Below, piece by piece: positions 29,007 through 44,222 of a DNA stretch of 64,000 nucleotides. Made by a program: the position numbers and the translations under genes. How positions within the stretch are numbered: the stretch's first letter is position 1; every line of letters starts with the position of its first letter. Under the pieces are notes generated by a model. That model was given only the letters and a program-made list of their open reading frames with translations, was not told the origin of the DNA and searched no databases. The stretch comes from Eledone cirrhosa. Its lineage: Eukaryota. The DNA is taken from the NCBI GenBank assembly GCA_964016885.1, contig OZ024751.1, positions 46,748,001 through 46,812,000 on the forward strand. Direction: 5' to 3'.

Positions 29007-29085
29007 TATATGTCGCCTTCTGCTTCATCATGAGATATTTGAGTATTTAACATACGGAATATGAAAAATTGAATTTATGTATGTA

Positions 29086-29140
<55 letters not shown>

Positions 29141-29257
29141 TACAATCGATATATATACATATATATATATATAAAACTATGTACATCTATGTATGTATGC
29201 AAATATATATATATGTGTGCGTGTTACGTGTTTATGAATGTGTATGTATGTATAAGC

Positions 29258-29289
<32 letters not shown>

Positions 29290-30036
29290 ACGCACATATT
29301 TACACATTTACAACCCCACACACACATATACATCTATAAAGCAGTTTATTGTCTCCAATATTTACGCACCAAAAATTAAAAACAAAAGCAAAACTGAAAC
29401 CAAAAAGAAACTAATAAAAAATCAATACTAACATTACAAAACAAATGTAAAGGGAGATAAATAGTTTCAGTCAAGAAAACGAAACTATTCCCTTGTAATT
29501 CTTGCGATTATTTAACGATATTATTACTATTATAATTAAATGAATTGGTAGAGCTTCGGAAAAAATGTCGTTCCAATATCTCTTTCGGTTCCTTACATTC
29601 TGAGTTCAAATCCCGTCACGGTCAACTTTGCTTTTCGACCTTCAATTGGGTTGGGGGCGGGGCGTCGATAAAATACAATACCAATTAAATACTGTTGTCG
29701 ATTAAAACGACTTTTTCCCTTCCCGACACCCACCTCCCACCACAAAATATTTACCGGCCTGGTGCCTAAATAATAAACGAAAAAATGATATTTTGTTTTT
29801 AATATTTTTATTATTTTTACCCGTACAAACAAAAACATACTGACGAAATATAAATTAAAAGGACATGGAAAGGTATTTTTGTGAATAAGATATTTTTATA
29901 AATATATATTATATTATTACAATGCATTATTCTCTGTTAAACAAACGAAAAAAAGAAAAACAATTTATATATATATATATATACTTGGTGATGTTTCCTA
30001 ATGTTTTTTTCTATCTCTTGCTTCAACCATTTTGTT

Positions 30037-30075
30037 AATAAAAGCTGTTAATTTGTTCAAACGTGGTTTTATTTC
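30037..30075 (+). terminator. Candidate polyadenylation signal of CHS
   Basis: AATAAA at 30037 followed about 20 nt later by GT/T-rich sequence (cgtggttttattt). Would imply a 3'UTR of about 2.1 kb. Not verifiable from sequence alone. Confidence 0.3.
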
Positions 30076-30110
30076 AATATCGTCATACAAGTGATATATA
30101 CATACATATA

Positions 30111-30160
<50 letters not shown>

Positions 30161-30220
30161 CATACATTATATATATATATATACTCATATATATATATAT
30201 CTCTCTCTATATATATATAT

Positions 30221-30616
<396 letters not shown>

Positions 30617-30786
30617 GTGTGTGTGTATATATGTATATATACATATACATCTATCTCTATATATATATTGCCCCTGTGGCTAATAAAGAAACATATCTCT
30701 CTCTCTATATATATATACATCTATCTATCTATATATATATCTATCTATCTCTCTCTCTCTCTCTCTCCCTCTCTCTCTCTCTCTCT

Positions 30787-30866
<80 letters not shown>

Positions 30867-30975
30867 GAATAGGTAAATATTTATATTATATTTTTTAATT
30901 TTGATTAATTTTAATTGTAAATTAATTTTGATTTATTTTGAAAAATTGGTTGAATTTTACTTGTTCTGCTTATCT

Positions 30976-31037
<62 letters not shown>

Positions 31038-31066
31038 GTATATATATATATGTATATATATATATG

Positions 31067-31184
<118 letters not shown>

Positions 31185-31404
31185 CATTTATATATACATC
31201 TATATATTCATTGATGTTTGGTGCTTCACCGTTTGATAGAACCGGTCATTCCTTATAGTTAACCATGATATAATAGTGGGAAAAAGCACACGACGTTATG
31301 CAACTCATACATCTTTGATGTTGAATCCTGTTGTTGGTCCGGAAATGGTGTTAATTGTTATTGAATAAAATAACAGGAGGTCGTACTTCAAAGTTTTATT
31401 TCTG

Positions 31405-31468
31405 CAAAGACTATATATATTTCAGTGACCAGGTTACGTAAAATCATGGCGACATCATCAGGTGTATA
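31405..31468 (-). ncRNA. Hammerhead-like motif (family 2), degenerate
   Basis: - strand reads acac CTGATGA tgtcgcca...tggtcact GAAA TATATA TA gtc. Shares the flank aaataacaggagg with the 6872 copy. Stem I is weak. Confidence 0.42.
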
Positions 31469-31654
31469 TTTCATAATAGTTATTTGATAAAGGAATAATG
31501 GTAAACATAATCCTAGAGGCTACAAAATGAGACATATAAATCTATATCTATATAAAATATATTATAAAATAATATACATATATTATATTTCATTTTATAT
31601 TTAATTATATATATAATATAATATGATATAATATAATATAATATAATATAATAT

Positions 31655-32115
31655 AATTGTTTCTATTTTTGGCGCAAGGCCAGCAATTTTCCTAGTGTAT
31701 TACTGGTACTTTATTTTATCGACCCCATAAGGATGAAAAGCAAAGTTAACCTTGGCGGGATTTTAACTCAGACCGTAAAGGGCCGTAACTCTTTGCTGTA
31801 AAGCATGGCGTCAGACCCTCTACCGATACTGCCAATCCACCGCCTAATATATATAATATAATATAATATAATATAATATAATATATGATATAATATAATA
31901 TAATATAATATAATATAATATAATATAATATAATATATTATAATATATATAATTGTTTCTACTTTTGGCACAAGGCCAGCAATTATCACAGTGTATTACT
32001 GGTACTTTATTTTATCGACCCCGTAGGATGAAAGGCAAAGTTAACCTCGGCGGGATTTTAACTCAGACCGTAAAGGGCCGTAACTCTTTGCTTCAGAGCC
32101 TCTACCGATACTGCC
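31655..32115 (-). mobile_element. Two tandem SINE family A copies separated by (ATATA)n
   Basis: Copies at about 31655-31845 and 31950-32115. Confidence 0.88.
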
Positions 32116-33356
32116 ATATTATAATATAATATAATATATATAATATATATAATCTATATAATATATTATAAAATAACATAATAAAATATAATTTAATATA
32201 ATACAATATATACAATATAATACAATATAATATAATATAATATAATATAAAATAATATATTAAATAAAATATTAAATAATTTAAAATAAAATACATTATT
32301 AAATATAAAATGAAATATATTATATAATATATTATAATACAATATAAAATAAAATTTTAAATACAATATTGAATATAAAAAAAAGAAAAAACAAAAGTAA
32401 AGAAAATATGAAATAAAATAAAATATAAATTGAAATAAAATACAATAAAAATATAATATAAAATAAAATAAAGTAAAATAAAGTTAAAATAAAATAAAAT
32501 TTAAAGTAAAATAAAATATAAAATAAACAAAATAAATGAAAATATAAATTAAAATAAAATACAAAATAAAATAAATTAAAATAAAATAGAAAATAAAATA
32601 AAACAAAAAGTAAAATATAAAATAAAATATAAAAATAAAATATAATATAAAATAAAATATAAAATAGAATAAAACAAATTAAATAAAATAAGATATAAAA
32701 TAAAATACAAAATAAAATATAAAATAAAGTATAAAATAAAATAAAATTTAAAATAAAATATAATATATAAAATAAAATATAAAATAAAATAAAATAAAAT
32801 ATAAAATAAAATAAAATATAAAATTTAAAATAAAATAAAATAAAATAAAATAAAATAAAATAAAATAAAATATGAAATATAAAATATGCAATCTAAAATA
32901 AAATATAAAATAAAATAAAATATAATAACAATATAAAATAAAATACAAAATAAAATAAAATATAAAATAAAATAATATATAAAATAAAATATAAAATAAA
33001 ATGAAATATACATAAAATAAAATATAAAATAAAATAAAATAAAATAAAATAAAATAAAATAAAATAAATAAAATAAAATAAAATAAAATAAAATAAAATA
33101 AAATAAAATAAAATAAAATAAAATAAAATAAAATAAAATAAAATAAAATAAAATAAAATAAAATAAAATAAAATATAAAATTAAATTAAATAAAATATAA
33201 AATAAAATAAAATAAAATATAAAATCAAATATAAAATAAAATAAAATAAAGTATTAAATAAAATAAAATTAAATATAAAATAAAATAAAATAAAATATAA
33301 AATAAAATATAAAATCAAATATAAAATAGAATAAAATAAAATAAAATAAAATATAA

Positions 33357-33360
<4 letters not shown>
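32116..33360. repeat. (TAAAA)n / (ATATA)n pentanucleotide satellite
   Basis: Directly visible. Confidence 0.95.
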
Positions 33361-33426
<66 letters not shown>

Positions 33427-33500
33427 TTAATAATTTTCTAACCCAGAAAAAAGATTAAAAAAATTTTTTTTTTCCTAATAATCGTCTTTTTCTCCCTGTA

Positions 33501-33589
<89 letters not shown>

Positions 33590-33593
<4 letters not shown>

Positions 33594-34071
33594 TGTTATA
33601 CTTGGGGAGAGTCATATTTGTGTAATATTGCCAGAATTAATAACAGAACACACTTAGTGTTTGGTTGGTTTTCGCTTTTCGCCTCTGTGTCTTTTATATC
33701 GGTAATCTAATTTATTCGGTCCTCAATGTTGCCATTGACTGACCAACGGTCAACAATAATACAGATACAATATTGACACAATCACATAGAAAATGCAATG
33801 CAACGGGGGGAAACAATAGCACCACTGACGGTGTTTCAGATGTGCAACGAAAGAACTTTGATAAACTATATATATGTGTTTGTGTCTATATTGTATCTGT
33901 ATTATTTTTGACCGTTGGTCGGGCAATGGCAACATTGAGGACCGAATAAATTAGATTACCGATATAAAAGACACAGAAGCGAAAAGCGAAAACCAACCAA
34001 ACAGTGAGTGTGTTCTGTTATTAATTCTGGCAATATTACACAAATATGACTCTTCCCAAGTATAACAATAT
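33590..34071. mobile_element. Fold-back element, arms about 198 bp, spacer about 85 bp
   Basis: tattgttatacttggggagagtcatatttg... / ...caaatatgactcttcccaagtataacaata. Lies between (TA)n tracts and has a one-sided tail of about 55 bp. Confidence 0.85.
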
Positions 34072-34369
34072 TTGTTTCGACACACGATTTCATATCAAAA
34101 ACCTCGCAAAACTAATTCATCGCCATTATATATATATATATATATATATATACCTAATACTAATACTTTGTACTGCACTCTTTGTTATTGTTTTTGTTTT
34201 TTGTTTTAACTTATATATATATATATATATATAAGCAAAAGGGATATTTAATTTGTTGGTAATTCAACAAATATATATGTTTATAACTGATTCGAAGCAC
34301 TCGACTGGTTTTCTGGAGTATAATATCAATGATATTAATAAATGGAAACTATATTTATAAAACTATATT

Positions 34370-34430
34370 TATTCTATTATATATATTTCAAGGGTACCAA
34401 AAGTTTGGTACGCTCTCATCAGATAAAATA
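34370..34430 (-). ncRNA. Minimal type-I hammerhead ribozyme
   Basis: tattttat CTGATGA gagcgtacc aaactttt ggtaccctt GAAA TATATA TA atagaata. Stems I and II pair and the core is intact. Confidence 0.72.
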
Positions 34431-34798
34431 CAAAGTTTGTTTTATAAATATTGACATATCCAGGAAGGAGATCTTAACGGTTCAAGTTTTTCCTGGATAG
34501 TAAAGGAAAGAAGGGAAAGAGAGGAAAAGTCAAATATTTCAAGTTATTAAGATGAATATGCAAATGAGCTTCTTCCTACACATACATATATATATCCTAA
34601 TAATTATTTTAATCTACCTAGCGTCTAAAAATAACGTTTTTTTCAGCCCTATACCTCAACCTCATTTGCATATTCATCTTAATAATTTGAAATATTTTAC
34701 CTTTCTTCTCTTTCCCTTCTTTCCTTTACTATCCAGGAAAAACTTGAACCGTTAAGATCTCCTTCCTGGATATGTCAATATTTATAAAACAAACTTTG

Positions 34799-34858
34799 TA
34801 TTTTATCTGATGAGTGCATACCAAAGTTTTGTACCCTTGAAATATATATAATAGAATA
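34799..34858 (+). ncRNA. Minimal type-I hammerhead ribozyme (mirror arm)
   Basis: tattttat CTGATGA gtgcatacc aaagtttt gtaccctt GAAA TATATA TA atagaata. Stem II partly decayed. Confidence 0.6.
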
Positions 34859-34901
34859 AATATGGTTTTATAAATATAGTTTCCATTTATTAATATCATT
34901 G

Positions 34902-34933
<32 letters not shown>

Positions 34934-35066
34934 AAGTATGACCCCCTACGGCAGAGCTCAAGCCGTTTTGACGGTCATACTTTTTCCTATTTCCCACTCT
35001 ACTACCCTAAGTAGTGAGTACTCTGGTGCGTTGTGGTCCATTTGGTTCCTTACCACAATTCCTTTG

Positions 35067-35146
<80 letters not shown>

Positions 35147-35324
35147 ATAATAATAAATGTGAAGACTAAAATCCAAAGAGGGCTCGATAAGGAAAAATAT
35201 ATATGGAAAGCAGCGATTCTTTGCTTAAACTTTAATCTGTTATTTTAATAAATAAATAAATAAATAAATATATATATATATATATGCTTGTATGTATGTA
35301 TATGCATCGTTGGCCTTGAAAGTA

Positions 35325-35493
35325 CCGTATTTCTCGGCGTCGAAGACGCTACTTTTTTCCTAAAGTAAGTCTCAAAATTCTACCCTGCATTCAGGAGACC
35401 GAAGGTTGTTTATTATTTTTTTTTCAAATTTTTGATTGTCAAAATTAGGGTGCATCCTCGATAACGAAGCGTCTTCGGCGCCGGGAAATACGG
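35325..35493. mobile_element. MITE, Tc1/mariner-pogo (Tc2-like ends)
   Basis: TA|CCGTATTTCTCGGCGTCGAAGACGC ... GCGTCTTCGGCGCCGGGAAATACGG|TA. 25-bp TIRs and TA TSD. Confidence 0.88.
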
Positions 35494-36353
35494 TAAATAT
35501 TTTTGTAAATGTACGTCGTCAACAATACATATTTAGATGCTATTTGAAAAGTGATGGCGGATTATGGGACATCAATCGTACAAACTTGAAATATATTTTA
35601 AATTGGTTATGTCCCTTTAACAGGGATGGTATTCTCATAAATTTTGAACTGATACAAAGCAGATATAACGTGTCTGCCATCAAGGGAAGTGGGGAGATGG
35701 TACTGAATGATTTCTCACGCCTCTACTTTTCAATGGTGTACCCTCAGATTTAAAAATATTTACGGAGATATACTTATTCTGAAATTCTGCCATTAGAAAT
35801 ATTACAAATTAGTATATCGTAGCAGAATTTTCTTAAGCTACCCGTATTCTATCCACACCGAGGACAAAATCCTAGCGATAGGCCTCCCTGCAATAATTGT
35901 TGTGGCGAGACAACAGACTCATAGCATTGCCACTGGTGTTAGCGGGACTGAGATGCTGGGATAGCCAAGCACACTCTCGTACATCACCTGATAATCTCGG
36001 TAATGTGACATGCCAAACAATGACAAGAATTTCGTTATGAAATCAGTTTTTAAGCTGGTCTAACAACTATGAGAATATTTCCCTGTAATATCTACACTGT
36101 ACAATGTAGTTTAAAAGACAATGGTGTGGAATACGTGGATGATTCAGCTGCTGTTTCTAGCCTGTCAATCTACTTCCTCATTGTATGGGTGTGTGACAGA
36201 GAAGGTAAGTATTAACAGTACTATTGTTATCATAACACTTCTATGAAGACGAAGAAGTGATAAAGATAAACAATGACTACTGTTGAGAAACATCAGTGAG
36301 CCACACCTTAGGAAAAAGGATAATATAATATAATAAAATATTATATATATAAT

Positions 36354-36767
<414 letters not shown>

Positions 36768-37107
36768 CAATATCGGAGAAACCTTTTTAGCGATACTCCG
36801 GCCAAATTCCAACTCACCCAACAAACATTAGAAAATAAGTGATTATATTCCCAATTATGTGTTCGGGGTGCTAACTAAAAGTATTGCGTGGAAAATTGGC
36901 TGTATTATTTCATATGAGACATATCTAATATATCTCCTCCCAGACGGACGTCTCGTTTCATTATAGGACTCCTACAATTTGGGTGAAAACATACCAGTTT
37001 ATGTAGGAGCTTGTATAGCATCAATAGATATATATTCAAGTGGGCTACTATAATTCATCAGTGGGTGCCCCAATTATACTAATATTGATAATCTAACCAA
37101 CGTCAGC

Positions 37108-37197
<90 letters not shown>

Positions 37198-37281
37198 TAT
37201 ATATATAAGTATATATAAGTATATATATAAGTATATATAAGTATATATAAGAGTGGGAAATGAAATTTCGTTTCATTTTTT

Positions 37282-37362
<81 letters not shown>

Positions 37363-37468
37363 ATACATATATATGCAGATATAAATATATATATATATAT
37401 ATATATATGTGTACAGGTAACAGGCAAACACACACACATAGATATATACTCACATATGGGAGGGGGAA

Positions 37469-37521
<53 letters not shown>

Positions 37522-37977
37522 ATAATACATACATTCCACAGGAATATATTTATATCTTTTATGTTCTCCTTTTACCTAAGGTGTGGGTAAGCTTATTTTT
37601 ACACCCGTGTAGTGATTGTCTCCATCATAATTTCTTCATGTCAATTGAAGTGTTATGACAACAATACAAAATATATGTAGGAATCGTTAGGACCTCACAT
37701 AGAATACCTTGCAGTATTCCTTCTGGCTCTCTGCTCTCTGAGTTTAACTTTACATTTCATTCTATCGACATCGATATAAAACTAAAAATAAAACAACAAA
37801 CAAAATACGTACCAGTCATGTATTGGGGGGTTTCATTCTTCCTCCACCTCCACTGTATTTAGTTTCTTTCTTTTTCTGTCTATCATTATCTTTCTTTATT
37901 TAGAAGAAATCTACTGTGTTTAGACTTGTGAATATGTTTGTCGTGATGGATGTTTTGGGACACCCTATACATATGTC

Positions 37978-38039
<62 letters not shown>

Positions 38040-38361
38040 TTATAATAAATTTTGAAACTAAAATCCAAAGAGGGCTCGATAAGGATAAATATATATATAT
38101 ATATATAAATAGCTTAGAGTTTAGACTCAATGGGGTCATTTACAATCATTTCAGCTCTAGGAATCGCTTCTGAGCAGTATAAATTAATATTTGATGAACA
38201 TTTACATGTTTTAGTTGCAATTGACTAATAAGATCGCTAGAGTGAAAAATCTTAATTCAACAACATAAAGTCTGCCTGTACGATCTAGAAAATAATAAAT
38301 CAATACTCACAGACTCATATGGGCAAAAAGCCTTGGTACCTAGACACGTTTAAAATTCAAA

Positions 38362-38442
<81 letters not shown>

Positions 38443-38749
38443 CACATACATATACACATACATATATATATATATATATAACAAAGAAAGTGTGGTAAGA
38501 AACTAGGTGGACCATAACGCACCAAAGTACTCGATACTTAGTTATCTGATCTAGCTGTCGAAATGGCCGGAGCTCAGCCGTCGGGGTCCTGACACTTTTC
38601 CTATTACATATATATATTTATATATATATGGGGGTGTAAATTTGTGTGTATATATGTATATTTGTACGTATGTATTTATGTACGTACGCACGTATGTGTA
38701 TGGTATTGTGTGGTAGTATTGTGGTGATTGTGTGATGGTACTGTGGTGT

Positions 38750-38990
38750 TATAGCCCTGGTGTGGTGTGGCGGTGATGAGTGGCAATGGTATATCCCTAG
38801 GGTGATGTGGCGGCGGGGTGTGGCGACGGTATAGCCCTGGTGTGATGTGGCGGTAGTATAGCCCTGGTGTGGTGTGGCGGTGAGGAGTGGCAATGGTATA
38901 TCCCTAGGGTGATGTGGCGGCGGGGTGTGGCGACGGTATAGCCCTGGTGTGATGTGGCGGTGGTATAGCCCTGGTGTGGTGTGGCAACGA
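38750..38990. repeat. 107-bp tandem duplication built from about 27-bp subunits (TATAGCCCTGGTGTG...)
   Basis: Units start at about 38750 and 38857. Confidence 0.85.
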
Positions 38991-39974
38991 TGTTGTAGGA
39001 TCTGGTGTGGCGCCAGTGTTGTAGCCCTAGTGTGGTGTATCAGTGTGATGAAGTAGTGATATTATGGTAGTGTGATGGTTTTGTGGTGAGGTAGTGGTGG
39101 TGGCGGGGTCCAGGGGAGAGTGGTGGGGGTTTGTGGTTTCGAGGCTTGTATGGTTTGTGGTGGCAAAACAAAACGTAAGACACACGATAAACTACTAATT
39201 GGTGTTTTGGAGTGAACCAACAAAAGAGAGGGGGGGCGTTGATGTGGGTACTAGACTGACATGAAACGCCCCCTAAAGACGCTCTCTTGAAGACACGTGT
39301 CATTGAACCCTCTCCCCCTAGCACCACCTTACCCATACCCGACCTCCACCCCATTAAGGGTACTGGCTAAATCTTTTAATTAATTGAATGTCCCAGCAGC
39401 TCTCTAGGACATTACTTGGTATAATCTGGTAGTAGACGACTAACTGTCAGTCCTCTCTTGTAATTACAATTGTAAAAATGTCTAATTCGTGACACACTGT
39501 TTTGTTAACTGAAATAATGTGTATTTATATTAATAAATATTGTTGGTTTTTATTGTGATGTTATTGTGATGTTATTGTAATGTCATTGAAATGTTATTGT
39601 GATGTTATTGTGTTGTTATTGTAATGTTATTGTGATGTTATTGTGTTGTTATTGTGATGTTATTGTGTTGTTATTGTGATGTTATTGTGATGTTATTGTG
39701 TTGTTATTGTGATGTTATTGTGTTGTTATTGTTTTTTATTATTGTAAGAACTACGAAAAAAAACAAAAAAAAAACAACATCGACTACGACGACAACGATG
39801 ACGAGAACGACGAGAAAAACAACGAGAACAGAGACAATAACAACAAACACTACAACAACGACAGCGGCAATAACAACAAACACAACAACAACGACCACAA
39901 CAATAACGACAGCAACAACAACGACAACAACAACAATGGCAAAAGCAGCAACAATAACCACTAAGACAACAACA

Positions 39975-42290
39975 ACAACAACACGACAGTGACAAAAACA
40001 ACAACACGACAGTGACAAAAGCAACAACAATAACAACAACAAAAACAACAACACGACAGTGACAAAAGCAACAACAATAACAACAACAATAACAACAACA
40101 AAAACAACAACACGACAGTGACAAAAGCAACAAAAATAACAACAAAAACAACAACATGACAGTGACAAAAAGAACAACAATAACAACAATGACAAAAACA
40201 ACAACACGACAGTGACAAAAGCAACAACAATAACAACAACAACAAAAACAACAACACGGCAGTGACAAAAGCAACAACATAACAACAACACGACAGTGAC
40301 AAAAGCAACAACAATAACAATAATGACAAAAACAACAACACGACAGTGACAAAAGCAACAACAATAACCACAAAAACAAAAACAACACGACAGTGACAAA
40401 AGCAACAACAATAACAACAACAAAAACAACAACACTACAGTGACAAAAGCAACAACAATAACAACAAGAAAAACAACAACACGACAGTGACAAAAGCAAC
40501 AACAATAACAACAACAACAACAACAACAAAAACAACAACACGACAGTGACAAAAGCAACAACAATAACAACAACAAAATCAACAACACGACAGTGACAAA
40601 AGCAACAACAATAACAACAATGACAAAAACAACAACACGACAGTGACAAAAGCAACAACAATAACAACAACAAAAACAACAACACGTCAGTGACAAAAGC
40701 AACAACAATAACAACAATGACAAAAACAACAGCACGACAGTGACAAAAGCAACCACAATAACAACAATGACAAAAACAACAACACGACTGACAAAAGCAA
40801 CAACAACAACAAAAACAACAACACGACAGTGACAAAAGCAACCACAATAACAACAACAAAAACAACAACACGACAGTGACAAAAGCAACAAAAATAACAA
40901 CAAAAACAACAACATGACAGTGACAAAAAGAACAACAATAACAACAATGACAAAAACAACAACACGACAGTGACAAAAGCAACAACAATAACAACAACAA
41001 CAACAAAAACAACAACACGGCAGTGACAAAAGCAACAACATAACAACAACAAAAACAACAACACGACAGTGACAAAAGCAACAACAATAACAATAATGAC
41101 AAAAACAACAACACGACAGTGACAAAAGCAACAACAATAACCACAAAAACAAAAACAACACGACAGTGACAAAAGCAACAACAATAACAACAACAAAAAC
41201 AACAACACTACAGTGACAAAAGCAACAACAATAACAACAAGAAAAACAACAACACGACAGTGACAAAAGCAACAACAATAACAACAACAACAACAACAAC
41301 AACAAAAACAACAACACGACAGTGACAAAAGCAACAACAATAACAACAACAAAATCAACAACACGACAGTGACAAAAGCAACAACAATAACAACAATGAC
41401 AAAAACAACAACACGACAGTGACAAAAGCAACAACAATAACAACAACAAAAACAACAACACGTCAGTGACAAAAGCAACAACAATAACAACAATGACAAA
41501 AACAACAGCACGACAGTGACAAAAGCAACCACAATAACAACAATGACAAAAACAACAACACGACTGACAAAAGCAACAACAACAACAAAAACAACAACAC
41601 GACAGTGACAAAAGCAACCACAATAACAACAACAAAAACAACAACACGACAGTGACAAAAGCAACAACAATAACAACAATGACAAAAACAACAACACGAC
41701 AGTGACAAAAGCAACAACAATAACCACAATGACAAAAACAACAACACGACAGTGACAAAAGCAACAACATAACAACAACAAAAACAAAAACAACAACACG
41801 ACAGTGACAAAAGCAACAACATAACAACAACAAAAACAAAAACAACAACACGACAGTGACAAAAGCAACAACATAACAACAACAAAAACAACAACACGAC
41901 AGTGACAAAAGCAACAACAATAACAACAATGACAAAAACAACAACACTACAGTGACAAAAGCAACAACAATAACAACGACAGTAACAACAACAAAAACAA
42001 CAACACGACAGTGACAAAAGCAACAACATAACAACAACAAAAACAACAACACGACAGTGACAAAAGCAACAACAATAACCACAATGACAAAAACAACAAC
42101 ACGACAGTGACAAGCAACAACAATAACAGCAACAATTACAACAACAAAAGCAACAACACGACAGTGACAAAAGCAACAACAATAACCACAATGACAAAAA
42201 CAACAACACGACAGTGACAAAAGCAACAACAATAACAACAACAACAAAAACAACAACACGACAGTGACACAAGCAACAACAATAACAACA
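39975..42290. repeat. About 45-bp (CAA)-derived minisatellite anchored by CACGACAGTGACAAAAGC
   Basis: About 50 copies. Source of the long Val/Leu/Cys ORFs on the - strand. Confidence 0.96.
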
Positions 42291-42489
42291 ACAAATACAA
42301 CAACAACCATGACAACAACAACGACAATGACAATGATGATAGTATGGTATTGTAGTAGTGTCATAATTTGTGTAATTGTGTTAGTGTAGTACTGCTGTAA
42401 TAGTGTAGTATATTCTATATTTAATGTAATTTAGTATTATAATGTCTATTTAGCCTTATAGTGTATATTATTTATAATAATGTATGTTT

Positions 42490-44015
42490 TGTGTAATAAC
42501 GTATATTTAGCGATTTAATGTATATTTAGTGTTATATAATGTATATTTAGCTATATAATGTATATTTAGCGATATAATGTAATATTTAGTGTTATAATGT
42601 ATATTTAGTGATATAATGTATATTTAGCTATATAATGTATATTTAGTGATATAATGTATATTTAGTGATATATAATGTATATTTAGTGATATATAATGTA
42701 TATTTAGTGTTATAATGTATATTTAGTGATATATAATGTATATTTAGTGATATATAATGTATATTTAGTGTAATAATGTATATTTAGTGTTATAATGTAT
42801 ATTTAGTGTAATAATATATATTTAGCGATATAATGTATATTTAGTGATATAATGTATATTTAGTGATATATAATGTATATTTAGTGTTATAATGTATATT
42901 TAGTGATATATAATGTATATTTAGTGATATATAATGTATATTTAGTGTTATAATGTATATTTAGTGATATATAATGTATATTTAGTGATATATAATGTAT
43001 ATTTAGTGATATATAATGTATATTTAGTGTTATAATGTATATTTTGTGTAATAATGTATATTTAGCTATATAATGTATATATAGTTATATATAATGTATA
43101 TTTTGTGACATAGTGTATATTTAGTGTTATAATGTATATTTAGTGTTATATAATGTATATTTAGTTATATATAATGTATATTTTGTGATATAATGTATAT
43201 TTAGTGATATATAATGTATATTTAGTGTTATAATGTATATTTAGTGATATATAATGTATATTTAGTGATATATAATGTATATTTAGTGTTATAATGTATA
43301 TTTAGTAATATATAATGTATATTTAGTGATATATAATGTATATTTAGTGTTATAATGTATATTTAGTGATTTATAATGTATATTTAGTGATATATAATGT
43401 ATATTTAGTGTTATAATGTATATTTAGTGATATATAATGTATATTTAGTGATATATAATGTATATTTAGTGATATATAATGTATATTTAGTGTTATAATG
43501 TATATTTAGTGATATATAAGGTATATTTAGTGATATATAATGTATATTTAGTGTTATAATGTATATTTAGTGATATGTAATGTATATTTAGTGATATATA
43601 ATGTATATTTAGTGATATATAATGTATATTTAGTGTTATAATGTATATTTAGTGATATATAATGTATATTTAGTGTTATAATGTATATTTAGTGATATAT
43701 AATGTATATTTAGTGATATATAATGTATATTTAGTGTTATAATGTATATTTAGTGATATATAATGTATATTTAGTGATATATAATGTATATTTAGTGATA
43801 TATAATATATATTTAGTTATATATAATGTATATTTTGTGTAATAATGTATATTTAGCTATATAATATATATTTAGTTATATATAATATATATTTAGTTAT
43901 ATATAATATATATTTAGTTATATATAATATATATTTAGTTATATATAATATATATTTAGTTATATATAATGTATATTTAGTTATATATAATGTATATTTA
44001 GTTATATATAATGTA
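42490..44015. repeat. 21/23-bp minisatellite (TATAATGTATATTTAGTGATA)n
   Basis: Directly visible. Confidence 0.96.
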
Positions 44016-44222
44016 TAATATATATTATATATAAGACAACTTTTGTGATGATGATGATGATGCCGATGATGGTGGTGGTGGTGGTGGTGATGATAGTATT
44101 GATATCGATGATGATGGCAATGACAATGATGACTATTGTGATGAAGATAATAATTATGATGATGATGATGATGATGATATTGGTGAGAACAATAGACATT
44201 GATGATAATAGTGATGTACGAG

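Larger units (their letters stand above)
34236..34905 (-). mobile_element. Hammerhead fold-back family 1 element (Penelope-like, non-autonomous)
   Basis: Arms 34323-34568 and 34661-34905, 92-bp spacer, one-sided tail 34236-34322, (TA)n flanks. Confidence 0.8.

Noticed and set aside
35436-35753. 105-aa ORF in unique sequence
   Set aside because: Starts within a MITE and has no recognisable motif.
36161-36210. Possible micro-exon ttctag...GAAG|gtaagt
   Set aside because: The acceptor lies in a dispersed repeat fragment (similar at about 11360 and 63090) and there are no partner exons.
39704-42364. 886-aa Val/Leu/Cys ORF, and repeat-spacer look of the CACGACAGTGACAAAAGC array
   Set aside because: Intervening sequences are variable (CAA)n runs and not unique spacers. 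The ORF is a repeat artefact.
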